10,782 nt of DNA from an uncultured Nitrososphaerales archaeon (lineage in GTDB: Archaea > Thermoproteota > Nitrososphaeria > Nitrososphaerales > Nitrososphaeraceae), in the NCBI GenBank assembly GCA_963709405.1, contig CAVPXM010000097.1, positions 1 through 10,782 of the forward strand, in the 5' to 3' direction. A program made the position numbers and the translations under genes. The notes beneath the pieces were generated by a model. The model made no database searches and was not told where the DNA came from. It saw nothing but the letters and a program-made list of their open reading frames with translations. Every line of letters begins with the position of its first letter. Position 1 is the stretch's first letter. This document shows positions 7,471-10,782 of this stretch, one piece after another.

Positions 7471-7680
7471 TTACATAACTCTTAAGTCAGTAGAAATTTT
7501 TTCATTGAGTTTTCGGGTTAATTCATCTTGTTGTACTTGTATTTCACGCATCTCATCATTAATCATTAGTAGATCTTCAAAATATCATACTTTTAAAGAT
7601 TTTTCTAGAATGGCCCTCATTTCTAGCCTCTATCTGAGTTCCAACGACTGTAAGTTTAGTAGTTTTAATATCTTGTTGTT
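7471..7680 (-). pseudogene. Possible decayed coiled-coil protein gene
   Basis: One minus frame reads NNKILKLLNLQSLELR*RLEMRAILEKSLKV*YFEDLLMINDEMREIQVQQDELTRKLNEKISTDLRVM*: protein-like composition with two in-frame stops. No family recognised. Confidence 0.4.
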
Positions 7681-7808
7681 TTAGCCCTGCAGACACAAGA
7701 ATAACAGTGGCACATGCATGCATAAACCGTCATATTCCCTCAATAACTGCATTCTAGGTTAAATCAAAAAATGTATATTATAAACATCTATACAAAGAAA
7801 ATGGACAC

Positions 7809-7816
7809 AAAAAAAA
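7809..7816 (-). terminator. Archaeal oligo-T terminator
   Basis: T8 run on the minus strand immediately after the TAA stop of the gene ending at 7817. Confidence 0.55.
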
Positions 7817-8305
7817 TTATTGTTTGTGGAGGAACGGTTGTTGTTGAACCGTGACGAATGAATTCCAAGCCTTTGCGGCGCTCGTGTTATATTCTGTCAC
7901 AGACTCAATTGTTCGATTAAGGGTTCTGAAGTTTTCTGCTGCTGCATTTATTGCGTTGACTGTCAATTGGTTGTTGATCCTAACTGCTTTGACTATGTTC
8001 TCGGTTATCTCGTTTGATTGCTTTACAAATTCATTAGTGTATGGTGGTGTTACTACTGGTGGAACGTTCCCGTTACTTGCAAACACCCTGTGAGCTGAAA
8101 CCATACTTTGGATAGTATCCTTTGCTGCGTCAATGCAATTAATCTGTAGATTAGAGACTGATTGTGCATATTGTGGTTGAGCTTTTGCAAACTCGTCTAC
8201 TATTCTAATGCAATTTTGTCTTACTGTGTCATAAAAGTTAGCTGCTTCAGCTGACCTAGTTGAAGTGGTGGTTATGTCGTCTTTAGATTTAATATTATCT
8301 ACCAT
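7817..8305 (-). CDS. Conserved thaumarchaeal alpha-helical N/Q-rich hypothetical protein (phasin-like)
   Basis: DEFAKAQPQYAQSVSNLQ...NNQLTVNAINAAAENFRTLNRTIESVTEYNTSAAKAWNSF has an amphipathic helical pattern. Start placed at ATG 8305 (MVDNIK, 162 aa) with TATATAT at 8342..8348 upstream; the ORF-track extension to 8485 looks spurious. Function is inferred. Confidence 0.75.
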   Translation of the reverse strand: MVDNIKSKDDITTTSTRSAEAANFYDTVRQNCIRIVDEFAKAQPQYAQSVSNLQINCIDAAKDTIQSMVSAHRVFASNGNVPPVVTPPYTNEFVKQSNEITENIVKAVRINNQLTVNAINAAAENFRTLNRTIESVTEYNTSAAKAWNSFVTVQQQPFLHKQ

Positions 8306-8350
8306 TTTTATTTCATCTATAATACTATTAGCGTCCACCTCATATATACG

Positions 8351-8773
8351 TTGGTATTTAATGGGTCTAAATTCCATATAAAACCATATAATGTCGCAAT
8401 TCACCGATGGCAATGCAGAAGGATACCAGCAAGTTCCACGACTTTCCCGAGTTCCCGTTTGGACGAAAATCACGCTCAAATTCATTGTGATACAAACGGG
8501 AAAGATGACGGCGATGTTGAAAGGCGCGCATACTCATGTTCTCCGTTACCAACCAAACTATCTATAGATATAGAAGACACGACTCATCTTAGCTCATTAA
8601 ACGATTTCTTTCATGACAATCCAAATATATCATATATGGTACCTCCGGAACACGTTCTAGAGCAAAGTCCGTGTCGCACAATAGTTGTCATAAAACAGGG
8701 ATACTTTTATTGCAGATTGCATCCTGACATAAAGAACGTACATCTGGAATTGGTAGAACTTGAATATGACTAG
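8351..8773 (+). pseudogene. Probable C-terminal fragment of a Cys/His-motif protein
   Basis: LEQSPCRTIV...YFYCRLHPDIKNVHLE resembles a metal-binding C-terminal motif I associate with Nitrososphaeraceae mobile-element proteins. The N-terminal half looks non-conserved. Confidence 0.4.
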
Positions 8774-9173
8774 ATGATTCTATAGAAAGGAAACTTCAGA
8801 ACTTGTAGTGGTCTTGCATAATCCTTCATACCAGTAAAGTCAATCATAATGCACGGTTCATTTCCAACAACCCATGCATTGTGTCCAGGCGGTATTACAG
8901 CAGTATCTCCAGGTCCGCCTTCAACTTCTGTGCCATCGTCCATCTTGACTTTCATTCTCCCAGAAATAGTATATGATGTGTGAGGAGCTTGGCAACTATC
9001 TGTATTAACTAGTGACTTGATACATTTTTCCCAACTCCATCCTGGTTCTAATGTTCCTCTACCTATGGTGACGCCGCTATCTGTAAAGTTTACAATTTCT
9101 ATCTTTCCTTTTCAAATGTCCTTACTTCGTCAGGTGAAGCAAAGCTTTTTGCCAATATTTTTGCTGATGACAC
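8770..9173 (-). pseudogene. Cupin-domain protein with a single-base frameshift
   Basis: From GTG 9173: SSAKILAKSFASPDEVRTFE, then one base missing at about 9107-9112, then KGKIEIVNF...TLEPGWSWEKCIKSLVNTDSCQAPHTSYTISGRMKVKMDDGTEVEGGPGDTAVIPPGHNAWVVGNEPC...DFTG. Span is 404 nt (3n+2). TTTAAT at 9199..9204 is a plausible TATA box. Confidence 0.88.
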
Positions 9174-9392
9174 TGACTATTGGAAAGATAGCATTAACAT
9201 TAAAGGATTACGAAGCTTGTGATGCCTCTAGTAATTTTAGTCATATGTGACACTATCTGATTCTTGATGTCAGGCTTTATTGGCATGCTGAAGCAAATAC
9301 ATCGTGTTGGCAAAAATTATTTTGGTGAGTTAGTTATAACATCGGAACGCAGAAACTATCTTCAAACACCGCCGAGTCCATGAGTTCGACGA

Positions 9393-9827
9393 CTACCTAT
9401 TGCTATTTGCCAACCCGGGATTTCTGTCCAGATAATCAGCTATCTCTTCGAATGTCGCACCAGAATCATTCATCTCTATCAGTAATTCTTTACTGATACC
9501 GGCCTGTCTCAATGCGACTAACGCAGCATATAATTTTCTTTCTGCGTTAGTGATGCATTTGCCGTCCCAACCATAATAAGACATGATGACACCCATAACA
9601 CATCTTCCACCAAGTCCATCGGTATACTGCTTTCTAATCTGTGTAAACTGTTTTCCATATGTCCGTAGTATTTGAGAAATAGATGATTCTTGGTTCGACT
9701 GTTGACTAATGGTAATAATATCTGGCCCATGGGTATGTCGCTCGATGTTCTGTGTTAACTGCTTTTTATACGTCCGTAGTATTTGAGAAACAGATGATTC
9801 TTGCTCTAATAGTTGTTGCTGAGCCAT
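9393..9827 (-). CDS. Hypothetical protein with a duplicated N-terminal segment
   Basis: Open 144-aa frame from ATG 9827 (MAQQQ; the ORF track extends to 9854). Motifs GRCVMGVIMSYYGW and LIEMNDSGATFEEIADYL. Confidence 0.75.
   Translation of the reverse strand: MAQQQLLEQESSVSQILRTYKKQLTQNIERHTHGPDIITISQQSNQESSISQILRTYGKQFTQIRKQYTDGLGGRCVMGVIMSYYGWDGKCITNAERKLYAALVALRQAGISKELLIEMNDSGATFEEIADYLDRNPGLANSNR
9638..9803. repeat. Direct repeat, 55 bp x2, 111-nt period
   Basis: 9638..9692 vs 9749..9803 match at 49/55 positions, encoding QESS(V/I)SQILRTY(K/G)KQ(L/F)TQ twice. Confidence 0.9.
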
Positions 9828-10004
9828 ATATTGCCAATAAATAATCACAAACAAACTATTTAGAAGCTACGTTTACTGCGTTTCTATGGAAATGGTGTGT
9901 GGACTCCCCTTTTAGACATTTTGCAGGAATCTAGGTTTCGGTGGGATGCAATACACCAGTGTATGTAATCCATTATCGCTCAATCTATGCCACATAATTA
10001 GACA

Positions 10005-10262
10005 TCATTTAACCCATAGATCTAGTCTGGACATATTTACAGTGGAAGTACACTTCAAAGAACATCGTTTAGTAGATAGCGATCTTGATCCTAAATTCAT
10101 AGCAAAAATGTCAAGAAGATGATGCCTCTTCTTTGGAAAAATGTAGGTTTCGATTTTGTAGATAGTCTTCGAGTAATTATCACTCAAGGTTGCTGTTTCG
10201 GCGGACTCAACAATAATCAATGTCACTGTTTGCTTTGATACTCCTTTGCGAGTCAATTTCAC
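10005..10262 (-). pseudogene. Unassigned ORF fragment
   Basis: 85-aa ORF. The same frame continues upstream across one TAG (..NELASLGLVIKKRNEFNNLEELCSLAENIKQTFIHDYVDSEKT*). No family recognised. Confidence 0.25.
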
Positions 10263-10399
10263 TTGGGTCTACGTCTTCTCTGAATCTACGTAATCGTGAA
10301 TAAATGTCTGCTTTATATTTTCTGCTAGGCTACAAAGCTCTTCGAGATTATTAAACTCATTTCTTTTCTTTATTACTAATCCCAGCGAGGCTAACTCAT

Positions 10400-10660
10400 T
10401 TCTCCACCACGGGGGTCAGATTATCAAATTTTGTGTTTGATAGAATTTTCCGATCGAAATAACGCCTCTGAGATACACCCCTTTGAAGATTCCATTGATA
10501 ACCATAGGACCAATAAGTCTCGCATAGTCCAGTACCAGTCTATCACTCTCTATGACTGACTACCTTCATCCTTCTTGATTAGTTTAACGGTAATAATTAT
10601 CGTATCAGAAAACGCTCTGATATCGTAGTTTACATTGGAGGAATCAGAGGTTTTTAGGGC
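10400..10660 (-). pseudogene. Remnant of a class III nucleotidyl-cyclase-like domain gene (not in ORF track)
   Basis: Manual translation: YDIRAFSDTIIIT (FSDTIII at 10592..10612), frameshift, GIFKGVYLRGVISIGKFYQTQNLII*P.VVE. This matches the 'FSD.I...LRG.IS.G.F......I.GPAV.E' pattern; the GP glycine has become TGA (10416..10418). Confidence 0.6.
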
Positions 10661-10782
10661 CTGGTTCTTGTACAGTTACCAGTTGGCGAGGGGAGGGTCA
10701 CCTTTGAAGATTTAACTTTAGTTCCACTGAGAGCTCAACAGAGATCCTTGATGTATGGTAGGACACGACCAATGTAACAAAA

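Noticed and set aside
8306-8485. N-terminal extension of the 222-aa ORF
   Set aside because: It overlaps the opposite-strand ORF and a TATA-like box, and lacks the helical character of the rest. ATG 8305 is more plausible.
808-9730. Short ORFs 808..990, 1956..2174, 3295..3510, 4129..4344, 4522..4776, 5495..5695, 6590..6847, 6747..6962, 7466..7684, 7851..8093, 8367..8552, 9017..9250 and 9518..9730
   Set aside because: Antisense or alternate-frame shadows of better-supported genes or pseudogenes, with no recognisable motifs.

Overview
AT-rich, heavily decayed accessory region. The gene families (TrmB/PLD-like-domain histidine kinase, CxxCFWC zinc-ribbon protein, ISPRKF-type integrase, N/Q-rich helical protein) and archaeal TATA/BRE promoters suggest a soil ammonia-oxidising archaeon (Nitrososphaeraceae); this is inferred from family recognition, not a search. 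In order: a near-intact IS630 transposase split at an A7 run; a frameshifted CBS-pair gene; an IS630 HTH remnant; an orphan CRISPR array (leader promoter, 3 full 30-bp repeats plus a half repeat, 3 spacers, no cas genes in the window); a decayed IS5 element whose left end cuts CRISPR repeat 4 and whose right end cuts a tyrosine integrase; a zinc-ribbon protein; a hybrid histidine kinase with a truncated receiver; a phasin-like protein; a frameshifted cupin; a small protein with an internal duplication; and a probable nucleotidyl-cyclase-like remnant. The best-supported story is an IS5-mediated rearrangement that fused a CRISPR array to a dead integrase. I see no intact novel multi-gene system.
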